Virus record (IMG/VR): IMGVR_UViG_3300042557_001822
Coordinates: 1 to 58,242 of that record
DNA from: a virus
Lineage: Duplodnaviria; Caudoviricetes
DNA length: 58,242 nucleotides
Strand: one strand, 5' to 3'
Shown piece after piece: positions 49,975 to 58,242 of the stretch. Position numbers and translations under genes: made by a program. Each line of letters starts with the position of its first letter. Position 1 is the stretch's first letter. The notes under the pieces are model-generated. The model was not told the DNA's origin and did no database searches. It saw only the letters and a program-made list of their open reading frames with translations.

Positions 49975-50733
49975 ATGATTATAGATACTTTTATGTTTTA
50001 TAATGAAGTAAAAATGTTAAATTTTAGATTAGAAGAATTATACGATAAAGTAGATTTTTTTGTAATAATAGAATCAAAAAAAACTCACGCATCAAACAAT
50101 AAAAAACTATATTATAATGATTATAAAAATAATTTTAAAAAATATTCATCAAAAATTATTAATAAAATAATTGATTTCAACGATCCTAATCCTTGGGTAA
50201 ATGAAAATATGCAAAGAAATGCTATAGGTGATGTTTTATCACAAATGTCATTAAGTGATACAGATATTATTATTGTGTCCGATGCTGATGAAATACCCGA
50301 TATTGATTCTATCAACGCGTGTAATCCAGATATATTATATAATGGAGTTTCTTTGGAACAAGATATGTATTATTACAATATTGAAAATAAAATTGGTGAA
50401 AAATGGCTTTTGTCTGTAGCATGCTCTTATAATACTGTAAAAAAATATCAAAAGACACAAAATTTAAGAAATAGTCATAGGGACTTTGCGCGTTTACCAA
50501 ATGGTGGATGGCATTTTTCTTTTTTTGGTGATGTTGATTTTATTGTTAATAAAATACAAAATTATGCACATCAAGAATTTAATAATAGTAACTATTTAGA
50601 TATAAATAATATTAAAAATTGTATTTTAAATCATAAAGACGTATTAAATAGAAGTAAAGAAAATGGAATTATGCATTATTTGCCAATAAAAAATAATAAA
50701 TACTTACCTAAAAATTATAAATTATTAATGTAA
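49975..50733 (+). CDS. glycosyltransferase family 17 (MGAT3-like)
   Basis: DTFMFYNE, VDFFVIIES, ENMQRN, SDADEIP, GGWHFSF. Confidence 0.88.
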   Translation: MIIDTFMFYNEVKMLNFRLEELYDKVDFFVIIESKKTHASNNKKLYYNDYKNNFKKYSSKIINKIIDFNDPNPWVNENMQRNAIGDVLSQMSLSDTDIIIVSDADEIPDIDSINACNPDILYNGVSLEQDMYYYNIENKIGEKWLLSVACSYNTVKKYQKTQNLRNSHRDFARLPNGGWHFSFFGDVDFIVNKIQNYAHQEFNNSNYLDINNIKNCILNHKDVLNRSKENGIMHYLPIKNNKYLPKNYKLLM

Positions 50734-50737
50734 ATTT

Positions 50738-51736
50738 ATGAAAAAAACAATAAAAATCTCTAGATCTGGTTTTCATAACGTTGGAAATTTTTCATGGATC
50801 AATTATTTTATAGAAATATTGTCTTATAAATATCATGTAGTCGTTGATTCAGATTCTCCTGATATAGTGATATACAGCAATTTAAGCTACATCCCAGACA
50901 CTATTGATTATTATACAAATAAAAATATCCGCGGAATACATAGTTATTCAAATGATGTAAAAAAAATATTTATTAGTGGAGAAGCTAGTCCAGATTACCA
51001 TGCCCATATAAATTATAGTTCTAATCACTATGCTCTTGGTTATGAACACATTGATCATCCTAGATATTTGAGATTTCCTACGTACGTTTTGGATGCTTAT
51101 GTTTTACATAATGAAGGAGGTCTATTTCGTGATAATTTTAGCTGGATAACAGATACTAAGTCTGGTAAAGATATATATAATTCTAAAAAACATTTTTGTA
51201 GTATTGTACAAAATAGTTTTAACACTGATAGAAAAAAGCTGTGTGATTTAATTGAACAAAAATATTGGATTAAAGCTTGTGGGACTTTTAAAACTACAGT
51301 ATCTGATGACGAGCAATTAAATATGATGAAATATCATAATTATTCCAATAAAGAATATATGGGCAAAATAGATGGGTTAATTTATCGAGATAAAGTTAAA
51401 TTTTTTGAGGATTGTTTTTTTAATATATCTTTTCAGTATACAAATACTGACTATTTAACGCAAGAAAAAATTATACATGCATTTGCAGCCAACAGTATAC
51501 CAATATTCTGGGGTAATAAATTTATAGAGCAAGAAGGATTTAACCCAGATTCTTTTATTAACTTACATAATTTTAATAGTTTTGATGATGCCTTCATGTT
51601 TATCGATTCGCTGTATCAGAACAAAGATAAAATGATCAACATGCTTTCTGCACCAGTATTCAAAAATAATATTCTACCTAATTATTTTAGTAGTGATTAT
51701 TTACTTTCATTCTTAGAAAACATTATAGAAAATTAA
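50738..51736 (+). CDS. glycosyltransferase family 10 (alpha-1,3/4-fucosyltransferase-like)
   Basis: FISGE, FNISFQY...DYLTQEKIIHAF...IPIFWG, FNPDSFIN. Confidence 0.82.
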   Translation: MKKTIKISRSGFHNVGNFSWINYFIEILSYKYHVVVDSDSPDIVIYSNLSYIPDTIDYYTNKNIRGIHSYSNDVKKIFISGEASPDYHAHINYSSNHYALGYEHIDHPRYLRFPTYVLDAYVLHNEGGLFRDNFSWITDTKSGKDIYNSKKHFCSIVQNSFNTDRKKLCDLIEQKYWIKACGTFKTTVSDDEQLNMMKYHNYSNKEYMGKIDGLIYRDKVKFFEDCFFNISFQYTNTDYLTQEKIIHAFAANSIPIFWGNKFIEQEGFNPDSFINLHNFNSFDDAFMFIDSLYQNKDKMINMLSAPVFKNNILPNYFSSDYLLSFLENIIEN

Positions 51737-51738
51737 TT

Positions 51739-52410
51739 ATGACTAATAAATTTATTTCTTTTTCTTTATATGGCAATGATCCTAAATATGTTATTGGAGC
51801 TTATAAAAATATTGAATTATGTCAAAAATTATGTCCTGAGTGGACAGTTAAGATTTTTACTAATGTTAATGTCACTTCTAAACAAACTATTGATATCTTA
51901 TCTAAATTTAGTAATACTATTATTATTGATCCGGAAACTATTCTCACGAACCACGACGTGTATAAATTTCCTATGTTTTGGAGATTTTTTGCTTTTTTTG
52001 ATAACGCCCCTGCCTTATCGAGAGATTTAGATTCTAGAATAACAGTTAGAGAATTACAATATATCAATAATTGGATAAATTTAGATAAATCTATTTTTAT
52101 AGTTAGAGATCATCCTTGGCAATCTCAAGTACCCGGCGGACTTGTAGGAATGAAAAATTTAGGACCTTCTTTTCGTAGTTTTTTTATTGATTTTATCCAA
52201 AATAATTCTACAGACTGGGGACAAGATCAAGTTATGCTTAATTCATTTGTTTCTTTATATAATATTTCATATATTTATAAATGTGAACAAAATTCAAATA
52301 GTTATATACCTAGAGATAATAAATCATTCTTTATTGGTATACAATTAGACGAAAATGATACCCCGATATGCCCCGCCTCATTACAATATTTACTAGATTT
52401 AAATTTATGA
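51739..52410 (+). CDS. putative glycosyltransferase/glycan-modifying protein
   Basis: ISFSLYG..PKY, MFWRF, SRDLDSR, RDHP, DQ. Confidence 0.6.
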   Translation: MTNKFISFSLYGNDPKYVIGAYKNIELCQKLCPEWTVKIFTNVNVTSKQTIDILSKFSNTIIIDPETILTNHDVYKFPMFWRFFAFFDNAPALSRDLDSRITVRELQYINNWINLDKSIFIVRDHPWQSQVPGGLVGMKNLGPSFRSFFIDFIQNNSTDWGQDQVMLNSFVSLYNISYIYKCEQNSNSYIPRDNKSFFIGIQLDENDTPICPASLQYLLDLNL

Positions 52411-53105
52411 GATATATTTATACTACGCTAGCAATAGGAGAAAATTATCTCAGTAAAGCTAAACAATTCAGTTTAGACTTATATGAAAAAGATTCTAATT
52501 TTTCCAGAATTATAGTCTCAGATATAGAAGATTCAGACATTCCCAATACTTCTATAATAAAACCACCAGAAAATATGGTATATTCTGTTTGTAACTATTT
52601 TAATTATAACCTAAAATATTTAGCTATTAAAGCAGCTTATGAATTTGATACAGACTATATTATTTATGTAGATGCTGATTGGGAAATATTTAATCAGTAT
52701 CACCCTACTAAAATAGATAAGTTTTTAGATAACCATCATTTAGATTTTTATTTTGAGCGTCCTCACTTTATAGGTTCTTGTAAAAACGATTTAAAGAATT
52801 GTTTTTGGAGACATAAGATAGAACCCTATAAATTATTGGACACTAATGTGTACGATCATGCTCATGTTTGTAACGAACAGTTTTTGATATTTAAAAAGTC
52901 ACCTAAACTAAAGGTATTTATAGATGCTTGGGAGCGCCGCAACCAATTTAGTATAGACAATAATGTATGGACATTTGCAGAAGGAGTAGAAATAGGTATG
53001 AGTAGTGTAGACGCTGGACTGACTTCAGAATATACTTTCTTCTCTGAAATTAGTAATTGTTTTAAATTTGATAGCGTTTCAGGCAATTCTTATGTAAGGT
53101 TTTAA
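52407..53105 (+). CDS. GT-A-like protein
   Basis: TLAIGENY, FNYNLK, IYVDAD. Confidence 0.55.
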   Translation: MRYIYTTLAIGENYLSKAKQFSLDLYEKDSNFSRIIVSDIEDSDIPNTSIIKPPENMVYSVCNYFNYNLKYLAIKAAYEFDTDYIIYVDADWEIFNQYHPTKIDKFLDNHHLDFYFERPHFIGSCKNDLKNCFWRHKIEPYKLLDTNVYDHAHVCNEQFLIFKKSPKLKVFIDAWERRNQFSIDNNVWTFAEGVEIGMSSVDAGLTSEYTFFSEISNCFKFDSVSGNSYVRF

Positions 53106-53107
53106 TT

Positions 53108-53740
53108 ATGAATATACAAGAAGAAATTACAAGATTTATTAATCTCGAAGCAAATGATGGTTTGTCTGCCTTTAGGGGTCATGCAGCTCAACAAAATCAT
53201 GGCGCTTTTAAAATCTTTTATGATTTTATTGAAGATGTTAAACCAAAAAGAATATTAGAAATAGGCACAGCATTGGGTGGATTCACAACGTTTTTAAAAA
53301 TAGTTTGTGATGATCTTAATTTAGATACTAATATTAGAAGTTATGATATAAATAGACACCCATGGTACGATGACATTATTAAACTTGGCGTAGATATTCG
53401 TGTAGAAAATATTTTTACTGAAGGATTTAAAGATTTTAGTGAAGAAGTAAAAGAGTATATCAGACAACATGGAACTACTATTGTGCTTTGCGATGGTGGA
53501 TGGAAAATTGGAGAATTTAATGTTATCTCTAAATATATAAAAAATAATGATTTTATTTTAACTCATGATTATGCACCAGATTCTTCTTATTTTGAAAAAA
53601 ATATGAAAAACAAAATATGGAATTGGCATGAAATAGAAGATTCTAATATTATAGAGTCTATTTCTCTATATAATCTTACAAAACATGAAAAATACGAAGA
53701 GTTTCTGTCTGTAGCATGGGGGTGCTTTAAAAAGAAATAA
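53108..53740 (+). CDS. class I SAM methyltransferase (CmcI/Methyltransf_24-like)
   Basis: KPKRILEIGTALGG, SYDI, LCDGG, THD. Confidence 0.75.
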   Translation: MNIQEEITRFINLEANDGLSAFRGHAAQQNHGAFKIFYDFIEDVKPKRILEIGTALGGFTTFLKIVCDDLNLDTNIRSYDINRHPWYDDIIKLGVDIRVENIFTEGFKDFSEEVKEYIRQHGTTIVLCDGGWKIGEFNVISKYIKNNDFILTHDYAPDSSYFEKNMKNKIWNWHEIEDSNIIESISLYNLTKHEKYEEFLSVAWGCFKKK

Positions 53741-53741
53741 A

Positions 53742-54380
53742 ATGCTAAATTTTACAACATCAAAATTACTATTAAATAGACCAAATTCTAAAATAGATGG
53801 AAGTATTATTTCTGTACAACAAATTAATATAATTTTAGCTGTTTGTGATAATATTATCTCTCAAAATATAGAAGGTGATATTGTTGAATTTGGATGTTAT
53901 GTTGGTGAGTCTTCGAAGTATTTAAGAATGATTTTAGATCATCATTGTTCTGATAAAAATTTATATGTTTATGATTCTTTTGAGGGTCTTCCTCCATTGA
54001 GTAAACATGAGGAGCATACTGGATGGAAGTCAGGAACATTAAAAACTACAGAAGAAATATTAGCATCTAATTTTATTAATAATGGTTTAAAAATACCTAT
54101 TATTACAAAAGAATGGTTTAAAAATATACAACAAAATCAATTACCAAATAAAATTTGTTTTGGATTTCTAGATGGAGATTTTTATGATAGTATCTTTGAT
54201 AGTTTATCATTAGTATATCCTAAATTATCAACTGGGGGATGTCTTATATTTCATGATTATGAGAGACCCGATCTTCCGGGAGTAAAAGCCGCAGTCGAAG
54301 ACTATCTAGCAAAAATCGATACTGATTCTTTTGTATTATATAAGATATACGATCAATTAGGTGTTTTAATTAAATCATAG
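53742..54380 (+). CDS. TylF/MycF/NovP sugar O-methyltransferase
   Basis: GDIVEFGCYVG, YDSFEGLP, LDGDFY, HDY...PGVKAAV. Confidence 0.9.
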   Translation: MLNFTTSKLLLNRPNSKIDGSIISVQQINIILAVCDNIISQNIEGDIVEFGCYVGESSKYLRMILDHHCSDKNLYVYDSFEGLPPLSKHEEHTGWKSGTLKTTEEILASNFINNGLKIPIITKEWFKNIQQNQLPNKICFGFLDGDFYDSIFDSLSLVYPKLSTGGCLIFHDYERPDLPGVKAAVEDYLAKIDTDSFVLYKIYDQLGVLIKS

Positions 54381-54418
54381 TGCGATATTATTTTGTATAG
54401 CAAAACAAAAAAATCATC

Positions 54419-54446
54419 TTGACATTTGACCGATTTATGCTATTAT
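54419..54446 (+). promoter_or_regulatory. sigma70-like promoter
   Basis: TTGACA-N16-TATTAT with TG extension; AAGGAG SD follows. Confidence 0.65.
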
Positions 54447-54469
54447 TAGCTAAGGAGATTTAAATAATT

Positions 54470-54829
54470 ATGCGTAGTCTATTTTTTGTTATAGTTATAT
54501 TTTTTAGTAATATTAGTAATATCTGTTATGGTCAGTATTCAAATCCAGAGAATGCTATGTTATCTGATAGTATATCTAGTTTTTTTTATTATTCGACAAA
54601 TCCAAATGGAGGATTTTCCAACCCTGGGTCTTTACGTGATACAGAACGAAGGGCTCAAATATCTGATAACTATCATGAAGAATCAGAAAAAATGGCTGAA
54701 AATGCTAGATTACAAAAAATTAGAGAAAAGTATGGTCAAAATCCATATTATCAAAATCCCTCATATTATCAACCATACGGTATAAATCAGTATAATAATT
54801 ATAATCAAATTATTATTATAAGAAGATAA
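54470..54829 (+). CDS. exported hypothetical protein
   Basis: Signal-like N-terminus; own promoter and SD. Confidence 0.65.
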   Translation: MRSLFFVIVIFFSNISNICYGQYSNPENAMLSDSISSFFYYSTNPNGGFSNPGSLRDTERRAQISDNYHEESEKMAENARLQKIREKYGQNPYYQNPSYYQPYGINQYNNYNQIIIIRR

Positions 54830-54830
54830 T

Positions 54831-55757
54831 CTAAAATAGTCTTGATGGATCTATTATTCCATAGCCTTCGTATCTTCTAATACCTCTGTATTGTGGATTA
54901 GATAGTTCTATACAGCTTCTTTTTAAAACCTCTATATAGTCTTTGTATGATTTTAAACTATGTCTGTTGGTCTTTTTATTATAGCTTAATAATAAAGATG
55001 CACACCCAACTGCAAAAGGATTACTCATACTAGTTCCACTCATTATAGCATATTTACCATCCGGTATACATCCTAATATTTCATGTCCAGGGGCTAAAAA
55101 GTCCAAAGACTCTCCACTACAAGTAAATTTTGTTCTATCTAAATTTTTATCAATTGCTCCAATACTAATAGTTTTTTCATATTTTGCAGGATACATAATC
55201 TCTGCATTTTCGCCGCTATTTCCTGCTGCGCAAAAAACTATACAACCTTTCCTGTTTGCATAATCAATAGCATCTTCTAAAGATTGTGATTTTTGTGGCG
55301 ATCCTAAACTCATTGTTATGAAATCTATATGTCCTAAATCTGCACACCAGTATAATGCTTTAACGATATTATCTATTGATCCACTACCATTTGCATTAAG
55401 AGCTTTTACAGGAACGATCTTTGTTTTTGGTGCTACTCCAACCATTCCTTTTTTATTATTGATTGCTGCTATAGTAGATGCAACATGACTACCATGACCA
55501 TTATCATCATTTGGCGGACCATTACTAATAAAATTTTTACCTTCTAATAGATTTGATTGTAAGTCAGGATGATCAAGATCACAACCTGTATCTATAACCC
55601 CAACAACAACATTTTCACCCTCACTTTTATTCCATATACTAGGAATATTAAATTTTGTTAATTCCCATCCATATTCTTGAGGATCATTTGGTGATAGCCC
55701 GTGCAGTTCTTCTGAAATATATGGTAAAAGACTAACTCTATTTTTTTTCATTCTCAT
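54831..55757 (-). CDS. subtilisin-like serine protease (S8)
   Basis: VIDTG, HGSHVA, AAGN, SGTSMS. Confidence 0.93.
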   Translation of the reverse strand: MRMKKNRVSLLPYISEELHGLSPNDPQEYGWELTKFNIPSIWNKSEGENVVVGVIDTGCDLDHPDLQSNLLEGKNFISNGPPNDDNGHGSHVASTIAAINNKKGMVGVAPKTKIVPVKALNANGSGSIDNIVKALYWCADLGHIDFITMSLGSPQKSQSLEDAIDYANRKGCIVFCAAGNSGENAEIMYPAKYEKTISIGAIDKNLDRTKFTCSGESLDFLAPGHEILGCIPDGKYAIMSGTSMSNPFAVGCASLLLSYNKKTNRHSLKSYKDYIEVLKRSCIELSNPQYRGIRRYEGYGIIDPSRLF

Positions 55758-56481
55758 TTATCGTACTTTCTATCCAGTTTATATGTTGACTAATTCTAGT
55801 ATGGCCGCTTTCATCATTATAATTTGAGTCAGTATTTCCATCTGTTGTCATTACACACGAAGTGATTCCAGCTAATTTTTTATCAATAAATAATCCACCG
55901 CCGCTATCTCCGCTTGCTATTAAAAACTCCATAGCAGTACTGCTATCTTTTAAATCACAGGTTAGCAGATGTCTCTCAATACCCATAATTCTATTAGATC
56001 CACCTCTTTTTTTACGATCCCCTACTTTTGCCCCTGTATCAAATGTACCAGTTATGCCATAACCAGCTAATGCACAAATTTTACCAACTTCATCTGATTC
56101 TGTATAAAATTCTGGATAAAAATCTAATCCCATATCCTCATCACAATAAGCTAAACCAATATCATAATATCCAAAATTATTACTTTCAAATTCTTTATGT
56201 GGAATAAATATTGATACATTAATTTTTTTATCATTTATAGTAACTTGACAGGTTTTAGCTTTTTTGATAACATGAGCAGCCGTTAATATCCAGTGTGGTC
56301 TTATTGCTACAGCAGATGCACAATACAGTTGGTCATCTTCTTCTACTCCACATATGGCAACAACACATTTAAATTTTGACCCATAGTCTAAATATGTTTG
56401 ATCGGGAATTTTTGGATCTCTAGTCCCGCCATAACAACTTAATGATCCTATTAAAGCAATTATAAATAATAGAGTTTTCAT
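55738..56481 (-). CDS. trypsin-like serine protease (S1) with signal peptide
   Basis: WILTAAH, DIGL, GDSGGG. Confidence 0.88.
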   Translation of the reverse strand: MKTLLFIIALIGSLSCYGGTRDPKIPDQTYLDYGSKFKCVVAICGVEEDDQLYCASAVAIRPHWILTAAHVIKKAKTCQVTINDKKINVSIFIPHKEFESNNFGYYDIGLAYCDEDMGLDFYPEFYTESDEVGKICALAGYGITGTFDTGAKVGDRKKRGGSNRIMGIERHLLTCDLKDSSTAMEFLIASGDSGGGLFIDKKLAGITSCVMTTDGNTDSNYNDESGHTRISQHINWIESTINENEKK

Positions 56482-56788
56482 TGCTTTGAACCTTTATTTG
56501 ATAAGGTCTATTCTTTACCTTATTTAAATACACCTCACAATCATTAATAACATCAATATTCCAACTATTCCAATCCATTAAATGACCAATTGTAAAATGA
56601 CAACTTTTACATAATGTTATTAAATTTGAAGGATCTAACTCTCTATTTGGATTAACATGATATGGTTCAATATGATGAACTTCTAATTTATCTTGTTTTT
56701 TACATCCAGAACAAAAAGGATTTTCTTCTAAATGTTTTTTTCTAACTTTATTCCAATTTGAAGATCTGCTAGAATATAAGTTAAACAT
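56420..56788 (-). CDS. HNH endonuclease
   Basis: CSGC...EVHHI...NLITLCKSCH. Confidence 0.85.
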   Translation of the reverse strand: MFNLYSSRSSNWNKVRKKHLEENPFCSGCKKQDKLEVHHIEPYHVNPNRELDPSNLITLCKSCHFTIGHLMDWNSWNIDVINDCEVYLNKVKNRPYQIKVQSNENSIIYNCFNRIIKLLWRD

Positions 56789-56791
56789 ATT

Positions 56792-57400
56792 TTATACAAG
56801 AGAGTCTAATTCTTCATCGTTGTCTGGAACTGGCTCATTGGCTAGTAATTTACGAGACTTTTTAATAGCTCTATTAACTAAAAGTTTACCTATAGCATCA
56901 ATAAAAGGTAGATTTCTTTTCTTGGCTTCTTCCCTTAACCATCCAACAACAGTATCAATATTATATTCGCACCAGTCATTTCCTGCTTCATTCATTTCTA
57001 AAGCATGACGTTTACACGAACAACTATCTGTCATTTGAATTCCAACGCTTTTAATCATTTTTGATAATATTGTACCAGGATGATTAGGATTTTCTTCTAA
57101 TGTTTTTGGATATAAAGATCGTAGATATTTAGCAGGATCGTCGCCCATTAGCATTTTAATTTTGAGTTCTGCTTGAGTTTTTGTCCAATCTCCGATTTGA
57201 TCATATTCTTTATTATTCCAAATAATTATACTAATTTGAGGAAGCTGTTGTGTTTTGGCAGATATGGTCTTGAATGCCGGATTATCAGTAAAAATCAATT
57301 CTAAATTATCTAAATTAATTAATGGTGGATTAATAATTTTTCCAGAATTATCTGAGTAGGGTGGCGGCTGAATTGTTATTTGTTTCTCTAATTTGATCAT
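56792..57400 (-). CDS. hypothetical protein
   Basis: Start moved to 57400; CSC...MN..G.DWC motif. Confidence 0.6.
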   Translation of the reverse strand: MIKLEKQITIQPPPYSDNSGKIINPPLINLDNLELIFTDNPAFKTISAKTQQLPQISIIIWNNKEYDQIGDWTKTQAELKIKMLMGDDPAKYLRSLYPKTLEENPNHPGTILSKMIKSVGIQMTDSCSCKRHALEMNEAGNDWCEYNIDTVVGWLREEAKKRNLPFIDAIGKLLVNRAIKKSRKLLANEPVPDNDEELDSLV

Positions 57401-57441
57401 ATTTATATCCTTTTTAAAATATATTAAATTAACTATATAAA

Positions 57442-58242
57442 CTATAATGGTGGCGGTGGACAATCACAAGGTGTTGGAGCGCATCCTAATGCACCAAAAA
57501 ATGGATACTTACAACATACCCAGTTTGGTTCTGGACAGCATCCGGTTGGACATCTAGGTTCTCCTTCATTGCAATTTAGTGGATTATCTTGTAGTGGTGG
57601 AACGATCACATCATTTATAGTAATACATACTCCACCACAGCAAACTTGTCCAGCCTCACAATCAAACACACAAGTTCCACTACCATCACAGACATAGCAT
57701 AAATCAGTTCTGCATTTCATAACACAGTTTCCGTCTATACAGGTTTCACACGCTTGAGCGCTGCATTCCGGATCGCACGTTGATTGAACACATAATTGCA
57801 TACACGATTCATAACTTCCTCCATCTCCTTCGCATCCATAGCATTTGTTACATCCACTTACACGGCCTTCACACATCCATGATTCTGTTGCGTCTGGTGG
57901 TTCAGGACCAGGTGGTGGCGATGGTGGTGGACTAGGTGGTGGCGATGGTGGTGGACTAGGTGGTGGACTAGGTGGTGGACTAGGTGGTGGCGACGGAGGA
58001 CTTGGTGGCGACGGCGGCGACGGTGGACTTGGCGGCGACGGTGGACTTGGTGGCGACGGCGGCGACGGTGGACTTGGCGGCGACGGCGGCGAAGGAGGAC
58101 TTGGTGGCGACGGCGGCGAAGGAGGACTTGGTGGCGACGGCGGCGACGGTGGACTTGGTGGCGACGGCGGCGACGGTGGACTTGGTGGCGACGGCGGCGA
58201 CGGTGGACTTGGTGGCGACGGCGGCGAAGGAGGACTTGGCGG
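57442..58242 (-). CDS. Ser/Pro-repeat plus Cys-rich protein, 5' end outside window
   Basis: Frame open from 58242: (SPP)n, (SPPP)n, then the 144 aa Cys-rich ORF in the same frame. Confidence 0.8.
   Translation of the reverse strand, partial: PPSPPSPPSPPSPPSPPSPPSPPSPPSPPSPPSPPSPPSPPSPPSPPSPPSPPSPPSPPSPPSPPSPPSPPSPPSPPSPPSPPSPPPSPPPSPPPSPPPSPPPSPPPSPPPGPEPPDATESWMCEGRVSGCNKCYGCEGDGGSYESCMQLCVQSTCDPECSAQACETCIDGNCVMKCRTDLCYVCDGSGTCVFDCEAGQVCCGGVCITINDVIVPPLQDNPLNCNEGEPRCPTGCCPEPNWVCCKYPFFGALGCAPTPCDCPPPPL
57911..58242 (-). repeat. GC-rich 9 bp and 12 bp coding tandem repeats
   Basis: Plus strand ggtggcgac / ggtggactt units and ggtggtggacta units. Confidence 0.95.

Noticed and set aside
1014-56062. 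Many short antisense or alternative-frame ORFs in the track (e.g. 1014, 3790, 5656, 19092, 27942, 47610, 55862)
   Set aside because: They overlap well-supported genes and are shadow ORFs.
57911-58242. Repeat as a CRISPR array, telomere or Gly-rich plus-strand gene
   Set aside because: No unique spacers; the minus frame continues into the Cys-rich ORF and matches local gene direction.
1-58242. Alternative genetic code, tRNA genes, or eukaryotic giant-virus origin
   Set aside because: Standard code gives dense full-length genes; no tRNA-like sequence noticed in the short gaps (not scanned); sigma factor, DnaE, SD sites and overlapping operons indicate a bacteriophage.

Overview
AT-rich, gene-dense 58 kb segment that reads as part of a large tailed dsDNA bacteriophage genome (inference: phage-type replication genes, many short orphans, no ribosomal, tRNA or housekeeping context). 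Order: (1) 1-15.8 kb, minus-strand replication, recombination and nucleotide block (DnaQ-like exonuclease, DnaE that stops at the palm/fingers junction, Cas4/RecB-like nuclease, dNMP kinase, primase, DnaB, RecA, PhoH, class II NrdJ, dCMP deaminase). (2) 15.8-22.9 kb, small membrane or virion-like proteins around a papain-type peptidase. (3) 22.9-31.8 kb, host-takeover genes (degenerate DeoC, ClpP, sigma-70 factor, PAP2, degenerate bacterioferritin, GT4, GuaC, NDT-like). (4) 31.9-44.1 kb, nucleotide-sugar pathway (heptose enzymes, His-type PLP dehydratase, TPP E1 alpha/beta, B12 radical SAM, RmlC, GT2s). (5) 45.5-54.4 kb, plus-strand glycan-decoration operon (HtrL, GT60, GT17, GT10, sulfotransferase-like, O-methyltransferases). 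(6) 54.8-58.2 kb, subtilisin, trypsin-like protease, HNH and an extensin-like (SPP)n/(SPPP)n Cys-rich protein. A recurring RGTGTAT(A/T) motif upstream of many genes is a candidate phage-sigma promoter. Family calls come from motifs recognised by eye; no searches were run.
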